DNA from: Octopus vulgaris
Taxonomy: Eukaryota
Reading direction: 5' to 3'
Assembly (NCBI GenBank): GCA_951406725.2
Contig: OX597836.1
Location: 43,772,001-43,836,000 of the forward strand
Length of the DNA: 64,000 bases
A program made the position numbers and the translations under genes. This document shows positions 14,722 through 27,308 of this stretch, piece after piece (the stretch's first letter is position 1; the number at the start of each line of letters is the position of its first letter). The notes under the pieces were generated by a model, which ran no database searches, was not told where the DNA came from, and saw only the letters and a program-made list of their open reading frames with translations.

Positions 14722-16175
14722 ATATATATGGTGTGAATATATATGTGTAAATATATATACATATATATTTACACACATATATTCACACCATATATATACT
14801 ACATATATACATATATATGTGTGTGTGTGTGTGTGTAGTATATATATGGTGTGAATATCTGTGTGTAAATATATATGTATACGTATATACAAGTATATAT
14901 AATTATATATATGTATATGCCACACATGTATATATAATTATTTGAAGTCGTACATCGTGAAAAAATTATTCTGACTATTGTGGAACACTTTTTGTTCTAA
15001 ACGTCAGGATTTCACAGAAATATTCGTAAATTGCTCTCAGACAATATATTTCATTGCTGAGTTTATGATTTTGATTTATCAAAGCGTTGTAAATTATTGT
15101 CATCGTTTTTATCACACATTTCGTTCACTGTTCCATGTTTCATTGGTTGGCTTCGAGGTTGTTTATCTGTATATTGTTTTTCTCATCCTGTTATACTTTT
15201 TTTCTTTCTTTTGCTTGTTTCAGTCATTTGACTGCGGCCATGCTGGAGCACCGCCTTTATAGTCGAGAAAATCGACCCCGGGACTTATTCTTTGTAAGCC
15301 CAGTACTTATTCTATCGGTTCTCTTTTGTCGAACCGCTAAGTTACGGGGAACTAAACACACCAGTACTACGCCGATACTCTTTACTCTCTTTTAACTCTT
15401 TTACTTGTTTCAGTCATTTGACTGCGGCCATGCTGGAGCACCGCCTTTAGTCGAGCAAATCGACACCGGGACTTATTCTTTGTAAGCCTAGTACTTATTG
15501 TATCGATTTCTTTTGTCGAACCGCTAAGTTACAGGGAACTAAACACACCAGCATCGGTTGTCAAGCGATGTTGGGGGGACAAATACAGACACACAAACAC
15601 ACACACATACACATATATATACATATATATACGACGGAATTCTCTCAGTTTCCGTCTACCAAATCCACTCACAAGGCTTTGGTCGGCCCGAGGCTATAGT
15701 AGAACGCACTTGCCCAAGGTGCCACGCAGTGGGACTGAACCCGGGACTATGTGGTTCGTAAGCAAGCTACTTACCATACAGCCACTTCTACGCCTACACT
15801 GAAAACTTTTTTTAAAATTATCAAGCTGTATCTCGTTTCTGATTGGTCAATTCAGTTATCGTTCAGTATCTGCTGATCAGCTGCAAAATTACATCTAGTT
15901 TTGTTAACCTCTGTTTTCCTTTGCCTGCCTTCAGGAACCTGACACAGAAAAAGTATTTGAATCGATGGAAGGATGTGATAAAAAAGGTGGGTGTGAGTAA
16001 CCCTGCTTAGTCATCATGAAAGGAGAAAATAGTCTCTGGGCTTTTAGGCTGTCGGGTAACAATCTATACTGTGATATAACGGGAAGCTTTATGAAAATAA
16101 ACAAAAGACGAAGGCAGGTGGAATACAAACAAACAATTGTTTTAGTATAGCGCTCAGGAATAGAAATAAAACAAG

Positions 16176-16213
16176 TCTTTTACGTTTCGAGCCTACGCTC
16201 TTCAACAGAAAGA
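16176..16213 (-). ncRNA. Ultra-minimal hammerhead-like motif (CTGTTGA core)
   Basis: TCTTT-CTGTTGA-A-GAGC[GTAG]GCTC-GAAA-CG-TA^-AAAGA, inside dispersed repeat 16075..16220. Confidence 0.6.
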
Positions 16214-16696
16214 TACACAGTATACATATCCGGCCAAATTTATTTTAAAAAAATAGGAGAAAAGTGAAGTCTAGTATTATAATTACTACTCAACATCTGT
16301 AAATATCAAACGAACTACATAACTTTTTTGTAATTATGTTTTGTCCTGTAATGTCCTATCTTTGTAACGATTTTTATAATCATAATAAAGATTTTATACC
16401 TGTTTATCGCTTATCGATTGGTTCGTTCGTGGTTGTTGCAGCCAGTTTCTTTATTACGTCGTTCATATTTTGTTTTGTAAAATTGTACCAATTCATGAAT
16501 TGTTGGGGTTGGAGAAGAGGAACCTGCCACAGAAAGAGTACGTGAAACGTTGGAAGGGTGTGATGAGAAAGGTGGGTGTGAGTAACCCAGCGTAGTCATC
16601 GAAGAAAGGAAAAATTAGTTGCTGAGCCTTATAGGCTGCTGGGTTCAAAATTTGGAATCTGCATTTTTCCCCCTTTTTTCGTTTTAACATATGTTA

Positions 16697-17240
16697 AAGA
16701 TCCTGAAACATGCGTGTCTCTAGATGCAGGCCTGGCTGCTGGGGGTGTTTGTCTCCCCTTCGTAAATATATAAGGACACAGGAAAAAATGTGTCGAAACC
16801 ATCAGGAAGCGTCGATGCTTCCTAGGGCTAAACAGCGGTGGTGTAATCCCCTACTGTCACGTTAAATTGACAGTATACAACCATTCTATCGCCCCACCAC
16901 CGTACATATCTCTATGAGATATTTAGAAATTTAATATTTCTGATTTTGGTAATCAGTGAATAAACTTCACTGAAAATTAGATATATACATTTGCGAATCG
17001 GGACAGATATCTGCGGCTGGCGGGCTTCTGCTACTCTAGACCGATGATGGACAAAGATCCTGAAATATGCGTGTCTCTAGATGCAGGCCTGGCTGCTGGG
17101 GGTGTTTGTCTCCCTTTCGTAAATATATAAGGACACAGGAAAAAATGTGTCGAAGCCATCAGGAAGCGTCGATGCTTCCTAGGGCTAAACAGCGGTGGTG
17201 TAATCCCCTACTGTCACGTTAAATTGACAGTATACAACCA
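16697..17240 (+). mobile_element. Candidate non-LTR retrozyme: ~1.5 tandem copies of a 357-bp HHR-containing unit with target-site duplication
   Basis: 16696..16883 repeats at 17053..17240 (period 357). AACATATGTTA flanks both ends (16686..16696, 17240..17250). Full HHR at 17028..17086 and an HHR 3' half at 16696..16730. No long ORF; several local hairpins. Confidence 0.8.
17028..17086 (+). ncRNA. Type I hammerhead ribozyme (CCGATGA core variant)
   Basis: TCTAGA-CCGATGA-T-GGA[CAAAGA]TCC-T-GAAA-TATGCGTG-TC^-TCTAGA. Stem I is extended by CTGC/GCAG. Predicted cut after 17075 (after 16718 in the upstream copy). Confidence 0.75.
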
Positions 17241-17703
17241 ACATATGTTATGTTTTCTATTTAAAAAACCCCACACAAAAGTTCTCGTCGTAAAGGCAAA
17301 AGTAAGCCAATGATTCGTTTAAAGGCAAAAATAAGCCAAGTTTTCGTTTATGTCATATTACAACTAAATGTTTAAGTCTCATTCGAACTCATATAACATT
17401 CTTTGTATTTGTCTGTCTTGTTATGTCCCTATCTATGTCAGATCGCATGATTATAATAAATATTTATATCATAAGCTGCTAAAATTGTTTTTATATACTC
17501 TGTGTGTGTGAAGGGGGAGTCACTTTGCGTCTCAAGATTCTGAACAATAATTATTTTTTGTTGGCTGTTTTCGTTTCCTTTCCATTAGAGTTGGCATCAT
17601 TGGGCCACCACCACTAAGTCTACTCTGTACCGGAGTCAGATGCTTACTCTATTTGCAATTCGGACCAGTTTTTTAAAAATGAGTTCATTTTGGTATCTGT
17701 AAC

Positions 17704-18122
17704 GGATCTTTTCGGTTTGAACGGCAGTTTTTAACATAATTTCTAGGTAACTAAAAAATTTTAAACTTCGTATACTGGTAGAATGTGTTTATAAAACATC
17801 TTTTTCTCTTGGCTTTATTGAGAAAATTCTATAGTTTGTAAGATATTTGTTGTTTTTTTTCTTCAATTTCTGCAATTTCAACCAACCACTGACGTCTATT
17901 GAGGTAAAAAAACATTCTGTGCCGTATGAATATGTCCCTCGTTTAAGAAACAGATTGGGTTTATTTACATTCGTGAAGAAAAAAAAGATACCCTTCCCCC
18001 CACCCCTAACCCTAACCCTAAAACAGACTGAAATGCAGTAGATCGATACTAGGGTCCTAATTATGGGTGACAATTTCATATGACACCGCTAGAAAAAACT
18101 GCCGTTCAAACCGAAAAGATCC
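17704..18122. mobile_element. MITE, probably Merlin-type
   Basis: Perfect ~28-bp TIRs GGATCTTTTCGGTTTGAACGGCAGTTTT and 8-bp TSD TCTGTAAC (17696..17703, 18123..18130). 5'-GG TIRs with an 8-bp TSD fit Merlin. Internal (CCCTAA)3. Confidence 0.8.
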
Positions 18123-18874
18123 TCTGTAACGAGATATCATTACATTTATTCCAATGAGCAAGTATATTTATTGCGTAATACATGTAATATTTTTCTGCGG
18201 CAAGAGGTATATCTCAGAACATTTTACACAAGGAATTGTAGAGCTTTGTTGTAACCCATTTTATGTATATTTTTATTTTATTCTCTTTTATATTTCATAC
18301 GTTCATCGATATAAATGTCTCGTTTATTCTGCAAATATTGTCTTGTTCATATATAGGTTGTGTGTAACCGGTTTTGAAGTTCTATTTGATACTACAGTAT
18401 AGTTTTTCTCCGTCCCTATTTTAATACTTTTGTCTTGTAAATCACTATATTATAAGGAATTTCCGAATAACGGTCATAACTTCAACCTGTTACTTTGCAT
18501 CTGTTTTCGCTCTTCAGCTTAAATCTATCCACAATTATGGCAAAAACTTCTTAGCACTCATTCTCAAATACTTCTCAACCATCCATAGATTTAAGCTATT
18601 CAAAAAAGAACGATAGTGCAGCAAGCAAAACGTTTAAAGTTAGTTACACAAAACATATACACTTATTCCACAATATCTACAGGAAAACGCAACGTCCTTA
18701 TCGATGTAAATCATCAATTTATAAGATAATAATGGGCATTAACACCCTTTACATAAATATTTCTTGAATATGACCACTGGAAAATAACATAATTGTGTTG
18801 TTCAACAAAAAAAAAAATAAGATGATATCACGTTACAGGTGCCAGAAGTATTCATAAAAAGTAAACAGAAAGTG

Positions 18875-18921
<47 letters not shown>

Positions 18922-19454
18922 ATGGGAGAGTAAGAGAGAGAGAGAGAGGGGGAGACAAAGAGTGAGGATCTTAGAACTATTTACAATAATTATTATGTGT
19001 ATCAGGCACTGATTTTACTCTGCAATATCAGGACATTTTTGTTTTGCACGTATCAAATTATATACTAAAACATTGAAACAGCGCTCCCGTCGTGTGTGTG
19101 TGATTAATTTGAAATCAAGTTCACATACGTCCATTTTGTTAAATATACCCTTAAAATAAAGACTCGTTGACATTTGATGAGATGGCAGAACTAATTAAAA
19201 CAGCTCTGGGGATTCGTTCTGCTGACAAAGGCTTCTGATTTAACTAAGGAACGTACATACGCACTACATGCACGGAAATTAAATATACGTTTATCAAACC
19301 TACGTATGTGAGATTATTAGTCATAATTTATCCACAAAACACGTATACACACACATACCTACATACCTACATACTTACACACGCACATATAAGTATGTAT
19401 GTCTATAGACAATCACACACACACACACATATATATATATATACATACATATAT

Positions 19455-19548
<94 letters not shown>

Positions 19549-20143
19549 CATGTGGAGGCGCAATGGCCCAGTGGTTGGGGCAGCGGATTCGCGGTCGTAG
19601 GATCGCGGTTTCGATTCCCAGATCGGGCGTTGTGAGTGTTTATTGAGTGAAAACACCCAAAAGCTCCACGAGGCTCCGGCAGGGGGCGGTGGCGATCCCC
19701 GCTGTACTCTTTCGCCACAACTTTCTCTCACGCTTTCTGCTGTTGGCCTGCTCGCTTAGGCAGCGGGGTGGCGTCATTCGAAGGCTAAAAAACAATGCGA
19801 AGCGCATTGTGACCAGCGATGTGTAGCAACATCTGATAGCCTGGTCGGTCTCGGTGATATACATACATACATACATACATACATACATACATACATACAT
19901 TCATACATACATACACGTATTCTCATTCATAAACAGATGCACCTAAGTTCATATATGCATATTTTCATGCCTGCGAGTTTTTTCATGTATATATATGTAT
20001 CAGACTTTTTTTTTAGACTTTAGGGAGGTGTATGCAAACCACCATACATGAATATGTTGATGATTGCGAGTGTATATGCACATTAATCTTTATGTGTACA
20101 CGGAAGAAAATATGTGACAGTGATACGTAAATACTTCTATTTG

Positions 20144-20175
<32 letters not shown>

Positions 20176-20310
20176 CAAATACATACATATATATATATAT
20201 GTATATATATATGTATATATATACATATATATATATATACAAATACATACATATATATACATATATATATACATATATATATACATATATACATACATAC
20301 ATATATATAC

Positions 20311-20358
<48 letters not shown>

Positions 20359-20378
20359 GTATATATATATAGAGAGAG

Positions 20379-20431
<53 letters not shown>

Positions 20432-20709
20432 TAGATATAGATATATAAACATACGTATATAATAAACACACGCATATGAATCATACTGATTTTCTGGTAT
20501 GTATCGAAGTGCATATAAACTGGTATATGTTTTCTCATTTCCTTTCGTTTTCATAATCTATAATCCAGCTCTTGAGATTTTTTTTGGTGGTGGTGGGGGG
20601 GGGGATATCTTCGCTTTAGTGACACGAGGGCAAAAGTAAACAATGGAGAAAGAGGGGTGAAAAAAAATCGATAAATATGAAGCAGGAACCAATCATCTGG
20701 CAGTTATTA

Positions 20710-20979
20710 TTAATAAAAGGTTGAATAGGCGCGTTCACGAAAGCCAGTACTGTTGTTTGAGTTGCTCTCGGCGAACAATGGACGCCTGATCGGTGTTCCT
20801 GTAATAGTTGTCTCCACCACGATCGAATTCCGCTTCTTATCGTCGCAACTGAGCAGGTTTTTCAGAGTCTGACGGAATTCACCGCTGAAGAAAGAGTAGA
20901 GGAAGAAATTGCTGGCGGCGTTCATCTGCACAAGAAGATTTGCGATATTTCCAAAAATTTTCAGCATTGAATCTCTAAC
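20710..20979 (-). CDS. Same GPCR, terminal coding exon (TM7, helix 8, C-tail; 89 aa + stop)
   Basis: Acceptor TTATTCCATTCAG|GTT, phase 0, giving ...DANGIR/VRDSMLKIFGNIANLLVQMNAASNFFLYSFFSGEFRQTLK. NFFLY replaces NPxxY, as is usual in this receptor group. TAA at 20712-20710. Intron 20980..30371. Confidence 0.9.
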   Translation of the reverse strand, partial: VRDSMLKIFGNIANLLVQMNAASNFFLYSFFSGEFRQTLKNLLSCDDKKRNSIVVETTITGTPIRRPLFAESNSNNSTGFRERAYSTFY

Positions 20980-21122
20980 CTGAATGGAATAATAAAAATA
21001 AAAGTTTGGAAAGGAAAGCGGAAAAGGAGAAAAAAAAGTGTGGGGGGTGAGAAATGAAAAACAACAACAAATCAACAAAAATATAAATACATGAAGGATG
21101 AACATGTAAACTTTCTTTTACC

Positions 21123-21196
<74 letters not shown>

Positions 21197-21239
21197 ATAT
21201 CTATCTATCTATCTATCTATCTATCTGTCTATCTATCTG

Positions 21240-21289
<50 letters not shown>

Positions 21290-21298
21290 ATCTATCTA

Positions 21299-21427
<129 letters not shown>

Positions 21428-21664
21428 GTTATATATATATATATATAACATATATATGTCTCTCTATTCTTGACGAAGGAGTTATTAGCGTGATGCACCC
21501 TAGTGCTTTAAACACAATAATATACCCCTCAAATGGCCATAGGGAATTTAGTAAATATGGTTTTCTTTTTCTTATTTAAAAAGTAATTTTATAAGATTTT
21601 CTAAACGATGAACTTTTATTTAATTTTATTCTACATTATATATTATATATTTTTCATATGCTTC

Positions 21665-21712
<48 letters not shown>

Positions 21713-21816
21713 CTTTGGAAAACTGTTTACAACCTATATCTGCCTCTAATGGAATTATCTCCAATATTTCATGAGTATAACCTCACCCACTAAGATGTCT
21801 AGAGAACTCATATGTA

Positions 21817-21907
21817 TTTTAGCTGATGAGTACGGGACACTTTTATCTGCTGCAATTTTTGCAACTTGTAATAAAGCCTGTCTTTGTATGAAACAATTGT
21901 ACTAAAA
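21817..21907 (+). ncRNA. Type I hammerhead ribozyme (GUA site), intronic and antisense to the GPCR
   Basis: TTTTAG-CTGATGA-GTAC...GTAT-GAAA-CAATTG-TA^-CTAAAA; palindromic ACAATTGT stem III. Confidence 0.78.
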
Positions 21908-22119
21908 ACTAATCCATTCTTGTTGCTTCTTTCTCGTATATATATATATATATTTTTTTTTTTATATATTTATATATTTTTTATATACCTATATATTTAT
22001 ATATTACTTTATACTATATTTTTACGTATTTTCCTTCTAAGTGTTGTAATGGTTTAAAAAGAAAAATATTTTTCTTAATCGCTAAAGTATTAACTTTTAA
22101 CCGTGATGAACGGTATTCA

Positions 22120-22350
22120 GACATTTTTTCTCGCGCTTTATAATATGCTTGTACAGATGAATTATATTCCATCTTCCGTGATGTCTAAATGTATATTCTA
22201 CGATTAGATGTTCGAGTTATGAAATGCTATGCGGATGACCTTGCATTTGTTTGTTCTATAACCTTAGTTTTATATATTTGTCTCATTCAATTGAGCACTT
22301 CTATAGCAGTCCTATTAAACATTTTGTTCCTGATAAGAAACAATCACTGT
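22120..22350 (+). pseudogene. Possible decayed LINE RT fragment
   Basis: VMKCYADDLAFVCS, preceded by an ALYNML segment resembling PxLFNI. Confidence 0.4.
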
Positions 22351-22355
22351 ATTAT

Positions 22356-22414
<59 letters not shown>

Positions 22415-22647
22415 TGTATATGTATATATATATACATATATACATACATACATTTATATAAATATATATACACTCTTCTACAAATGGGAGGAACAGACCT
22501 CGCTTTATAGTGAAGAATATCTATGCTGTTGTATTTATTGACGCAAGAAGCTGCATCAGTACTCCAAGGCCTATAGTGTTAGAGTTCTTAAAAAAGTGAA
22601 TACAATTTGAAAATGTCACTTATGAAATCTCATATCAGGTTCACGCG

Positions 22648-22706
<59 letters not shown>

Positions 22707-22714
22707 TGATAATG

Positions 22715-22787
<73 letters not shown>

Positions 22788-23354
22788 TAGGCGCATGAGT
22801 GGCTGTGTGGTAAGTAGCTTGCCAACCAACCACATGGTTGCGGGTTCAGTCCCACTGCGTGGAATCTTGGGCAAGTGTCTTCTGCTATAGCCTCGGGCGA
22901 CCAATGCCTTGTGAGTGGATTTGGTAGACGGAAACTGAAAGAAGCCTGTCGTATATGTATATATATATATATACGTGTGTGTGTGTTTGTGTGTCTGTTT
23001 TTGTCCCCCTAGCATTGCTTGACAACCGATGCTGGTGTGTTTACGTCCCCGTCACTTAGCGATTCGGCAAAAGAGACCGATAGAATAAGTACTGGGCTTA
23101 CAAAAGAATAAGTCCTGGGGTCGATTTGCTCGACTAAAGGTGGTGCTCCAGCATGGCCGCAGTCAAATGACTGAAACAAGTACAAGAGAGAAAGAGAGAA
23201 TACTAAAATTGGCTGATTAGGTTTTGTAGGAACCAACGTCACGGCTATTTTTAACCACAGAAGAACGCCTCCTCCCGCTAGTTATTCGATGCAATCTGCA
23301 CCCGATACATATGGCAAGAAGGGGAGTGAACTCCAACCACCTTCTAGTCATAAG

Positions 23355-23404
23355 ACCATCAGACCGTACGGTTTCGACCTCTTTGTGGTCATCCTCGGGA
23401 TGGT
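23355..23404 (-). ncRNA. Type I hammerhead (CCGAGGA variant), sense within the GPCR intron
   Basis: ACCATC-CCGAGGA-T-GACC[ACAAAGA]GGTC-GAAA-CCGTACGG-TC^-T-GATGGT. Stem III ACCGTACGGT is a perfect palindrome; one unpaired nt at the base of stem I. Confidence 0.7.
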
Positions 23405-24444
23405 GGATATTCGTCCGTTACAGATAGAAGTATTTCACTCCAGCTCCTAATATATAGAAAACCAGATGGCACATAGTCACTAGTCTTGTAGAAAGCAATT
23501 TAGCTCTTATCTTTTATTGAGATTGCAGTCGGCAGGTGGATGTCTCCGGGATCGTTCGGCAGGATGCCCGAGACGTCAGCCTAAGACGCCGTCAGCCCGG
23601 CGGGTGGCCGCCGCCTTCACGCCACCTTGCTTTCTCCGTTCGTCTACTTGGCGGCGAGCTGGCAGAAACGTTAGCACGCCGGGCGAAATGCGTAGCCGCA
23701 TTTCGTCTGCCGTTAAGTTCTGGGTTCAAATTCCGCTGAGGTCGACTTTACCTTTCATCCTTTCGGGGTCGATAAATTAAGTACCAGTTACGCACTGGGG
23801 TTGATGTCATCGATTTAATCTGTTTGTCTGTCCTTGTTTGTCCCCTCTGTGTTTAGCCCCTTGTGGGTAGTAAAGAAATATATCTTTTATTGAGATTTTC
23901 TAACTAGCTAATTTGCTTTTTGCAAGATCAGTGACTATGTGTCACTTGGTTTTCTATATAGTGCGTGTTGGAGAGAGCTACTGCTTTCTCTAGCGGACAG
24001 GAATCCGCCACCGAAGATGATCATAAAATAGGTACCAGCTGAACATGGAGGTCGATGAAATAGACTTACCCCAAACCTAAAATTAATGGCCTTGTGCCAT
24101 AATATGAAACCAATATTTATGTCTACTTAAATGTACATGTTATGTTAGAACAAACTATACTGCGCTTGATTACATGAGAGGAACTCTCATATCTTCGGGT
24201 GCAAATGCATTCTTGTTTGTATCGCTAGCGGGGAGATAAATCTATGTTACCTCCAGCTCCGAAACCACCGGGTCACGTGATTTTGACCTTCCTTGGTCTT
24301 GTCAATGACGAACGGAGTTACGGAGACGCAAACACACCAACATCGGTTGTCAAGCAATGTTGGGGAGTGGGCAAACGCAGACACACAAACACGCGCACAC
24401 ACACACAAACATACATAGATACATACATACATACATATATGCAT

Positions 24445-24554
<110 letters not shown>

Positions 24555-25062
24555 GACGGGATTCTTTCAGTTTTCGTTTGCCAAATCCACTCAAAAGGCT
24601 TTGGTCGGCTCGAGGCTGTTGTAGAAGACACTTACCTAAGGTGTCACGCAGTGGGACTGAACCCAGAACTAGAGACAGCTGTGATTCAGCTAGAGACAGC
24701 AGTGATTCATCCTCCGCCAGCGATACATAGAAAAACAGTGCCAGAACAGGAGCTGGTGTTGCGTTTAGCCAGTGAGCTTGTTAAAATATATATATATATT
24801 AACGACAGAGGCAATATTAATACCGAAAGGTAATATTTATGTCCACTAAAGCGGCGAACTGGCAGAAACGTTAGCACGCCGGGCATATTTCGTCTGCCTT
24901 TACGTCCTGAGTTCAAATTCCGCCGAGGGCGACTTTGTGTTTCATCCTTTCAGGGTCGATGAATTAAGTACCAGTTGCATACTGGGGATCGATCTAATCG
25001 ACTGGCCTCCTCCCGCAAAACTTCGAGCCTTTTGCCTAGAGTAGACAAGAATACGTTGTATA

Positions 25063-25500
25063 AGGCGGCGAGGTGGCAGAAACGTTAGCACGCCAGGCGA
25101 AATGTTTAGCGGTATTTCGTCTGCCGTTAAGTTCTGAGTTCAAATTCCGCTGAGGTCGACTTTGCCTTTCATTCTTTCGGGGTCGATAAACTAAGTACCA
25201 GTTACGCACTGGGGTCGATATAATCGACTTAATCCGTTTGTCTGTCCTTGTTTGTCCCCTCTGTGTGTAGCCCCTTGTGGGTAGTAAAGAAATAGGTATT
25301 TCGTCTGCCGCTACGTTCTAAATTCAAATTCCGCCGAGGTCGACTTTGCCTTTCATCCGTTCGGGGTTGATTAAATAAGTACCAGTTACGCACTGGGGTC
25401 GACATAATCGACTTAATCCGTTTGTCTGTCCTTGTTTGTCCTCACTGTGTTCAGCCCCTTGTGGGTAGTAAAGAAATGGGTATTTCGTCTGTCTTTATAT
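25063..25500 (+). mobile_element. SINE family A (Meta-domain-like GCCTTTCATCCTTTCGGGGTCGATAAATTAAGTACC) with reiterated body, representative copy
   Basis: Other copies at ~1-230, 1925-2315, 6275-6507, 8845-9238, 11600-12150, 23650-23880, 24850-25050, 25580-25790, 26394-26790, 27955-28187, 37240-37560, 39330-39843, 46763-47130, 48465-49355, 50990-51100, 52240-52456, 52723-52878, 63610-63835. Confidence 0.88.
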
Positions 25501-27308
25501 TCTGAGTATATTATTTCAAATATTAACAACAGAAACAACGATAGTAAAATTGAATGCAGCGATTTGGAGACAAACATTCGGTTTCAAATTTTGGCAGAAG
25601 GCCAACAACTTCGAGGGAGCGGGAATGTCGATTACACCGACCTCGGTGTCTAACTGGTACTTTTTTTTTATCGAATCAGAAAAGATGAAAGGAAAAGTCG
25701 ACATTGGTGGCATTTGATCTCAGAACGTAAAAAAACGGACTAAATGCTGCTAAGCATTTTGTCCGGCGTGCTAACGACTCTGCCACATTGCTTCCGTATT
25801 GTAGAGACTGATATTAAAGGTTAGTTAGCATTATTCTTTAATCTTTAAACAAGCTTAAGTCTTCTTTTATAATCCTATTCACCTTTAGGATACATTACAA
25901 GAATATTAAATTGTCACCACTATTTCGCTAGCATTTTACTTTTATCGATAATTTGTACGATGAAATGCAAAGATTTCCTTGGCAAGATTTGAACTTAAAA
26001 AATGAAGAGCAGTAATTAGATATCACTTGGCATACTGCTTGAAGCTATTACGATTGCAAGTTGACTATTGTAAACATTGAAAGTACTGCTCACGTAGAAC
26101 CGACAGCAGCTTCCTTAGTTTGCCGCGTTGCGCTGAAATTCTGCCATGTTGTTATTGTTATTGTTACTTTAGACTCAGATCACATCTCATCGAACTAGCA
26201 TGTAATCAAAGGTATTCAAGTCACGACTATACTATCCTTCTCAAACTGGTTTGTCCTTTTTTGTTTTGTTTTTTCTAGGAAGAAAAAGATGGTTGCGTGT
26301 GACTTGAGAGAGATTTAGCTGCTATTTCTTGCAAATCAAACGACTGCATAGAGGCGCCATTCATTGATTGTTATTTAGGTACGTGTTTCAGGTAAGGCGG
26401 CGAGCTGGCAGAAGCGTTAGCAGGCTGGACGAAATGCTTAGCAGTATTTCTTTTGCCGTTACGTTCTGAGTTCAAATTCCGCCGAGGTCGACTTTGCCTT
26501 TCACCCTTCGGAGTCGATAAATTAAGTACCAGTTACGCACTGGGGTCGATATAATCGACTCAATCCGTTTGTCTGTTCTTATTTGTCCCCTCTGTGTTTA
26601 GCCCCTTGTGGGTAGTAAAGAAATAGGTATTTCGTCTGCCGTTACGTTCTGAGTTCAAGTTCTGCCCAGGTCGACTTTGCCTTTCATCCTTCGGAGTCGA
26701 TAAATTAAGTACCAGTTACGCACTGGGGTCGATGTAATCGCCTAGTTCTATCCCACCAAATTTCAGGCCTTGTGTCGATGATAGAAAGGGTTATTCAGGT
26801 ACTTGTTTTTTTCCCTTCCTAAAATAATTCCCTCCACTTCCATATATTCAGTTTTATTTCTCATTTTTGATTTTCGTCCCTGAAAATCGCTTTTTAACGA
26901 TCAATTTCCTCTTCTCTCTATCTATTCTCTATCTCTTACATACCTTCTGAATTTGCTTTTTGGGTGGGGAGTTATCCTTCATATCTTATATCTTTTTCTT
27001 GTTCAAGTCATTAGACTACGGCCATGCTGGGGCACCGCCCTGAAGAATTTTTAGTCGAATGAACCAGCCTCAGTACGTATTTATTTTATTTATTTTTTGG
27101 GCCTGGTACTTAATCTTTCAGTTTCTTTTGCTGAGCCTCTAAGCTACAAGGATGTAAACAAACTAGCACCGGTTGTCAAGTGGTCGTGGGAGATAAACAA
27201 CAAACATGAAGCCACACACACACACACGCACACACACACAGAGGCTTCTTTCGGTTTCCGTCTACTAAGTTCACTTACAAGGCTGTGGTCGACCCGAGAC
27301 TATAGTAA

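Noticed and set aside
16760-16775. TATA-like TATATAAG in the retrozyme monomer
   Set aside because: Too common in this AT-rich context to call a promoter.
19552-19630. tRNA-like sequences at SINE heads
   Set aside because: A/B boxes are present but there is no full cloverleaf, and they always continue into SINE bodies.
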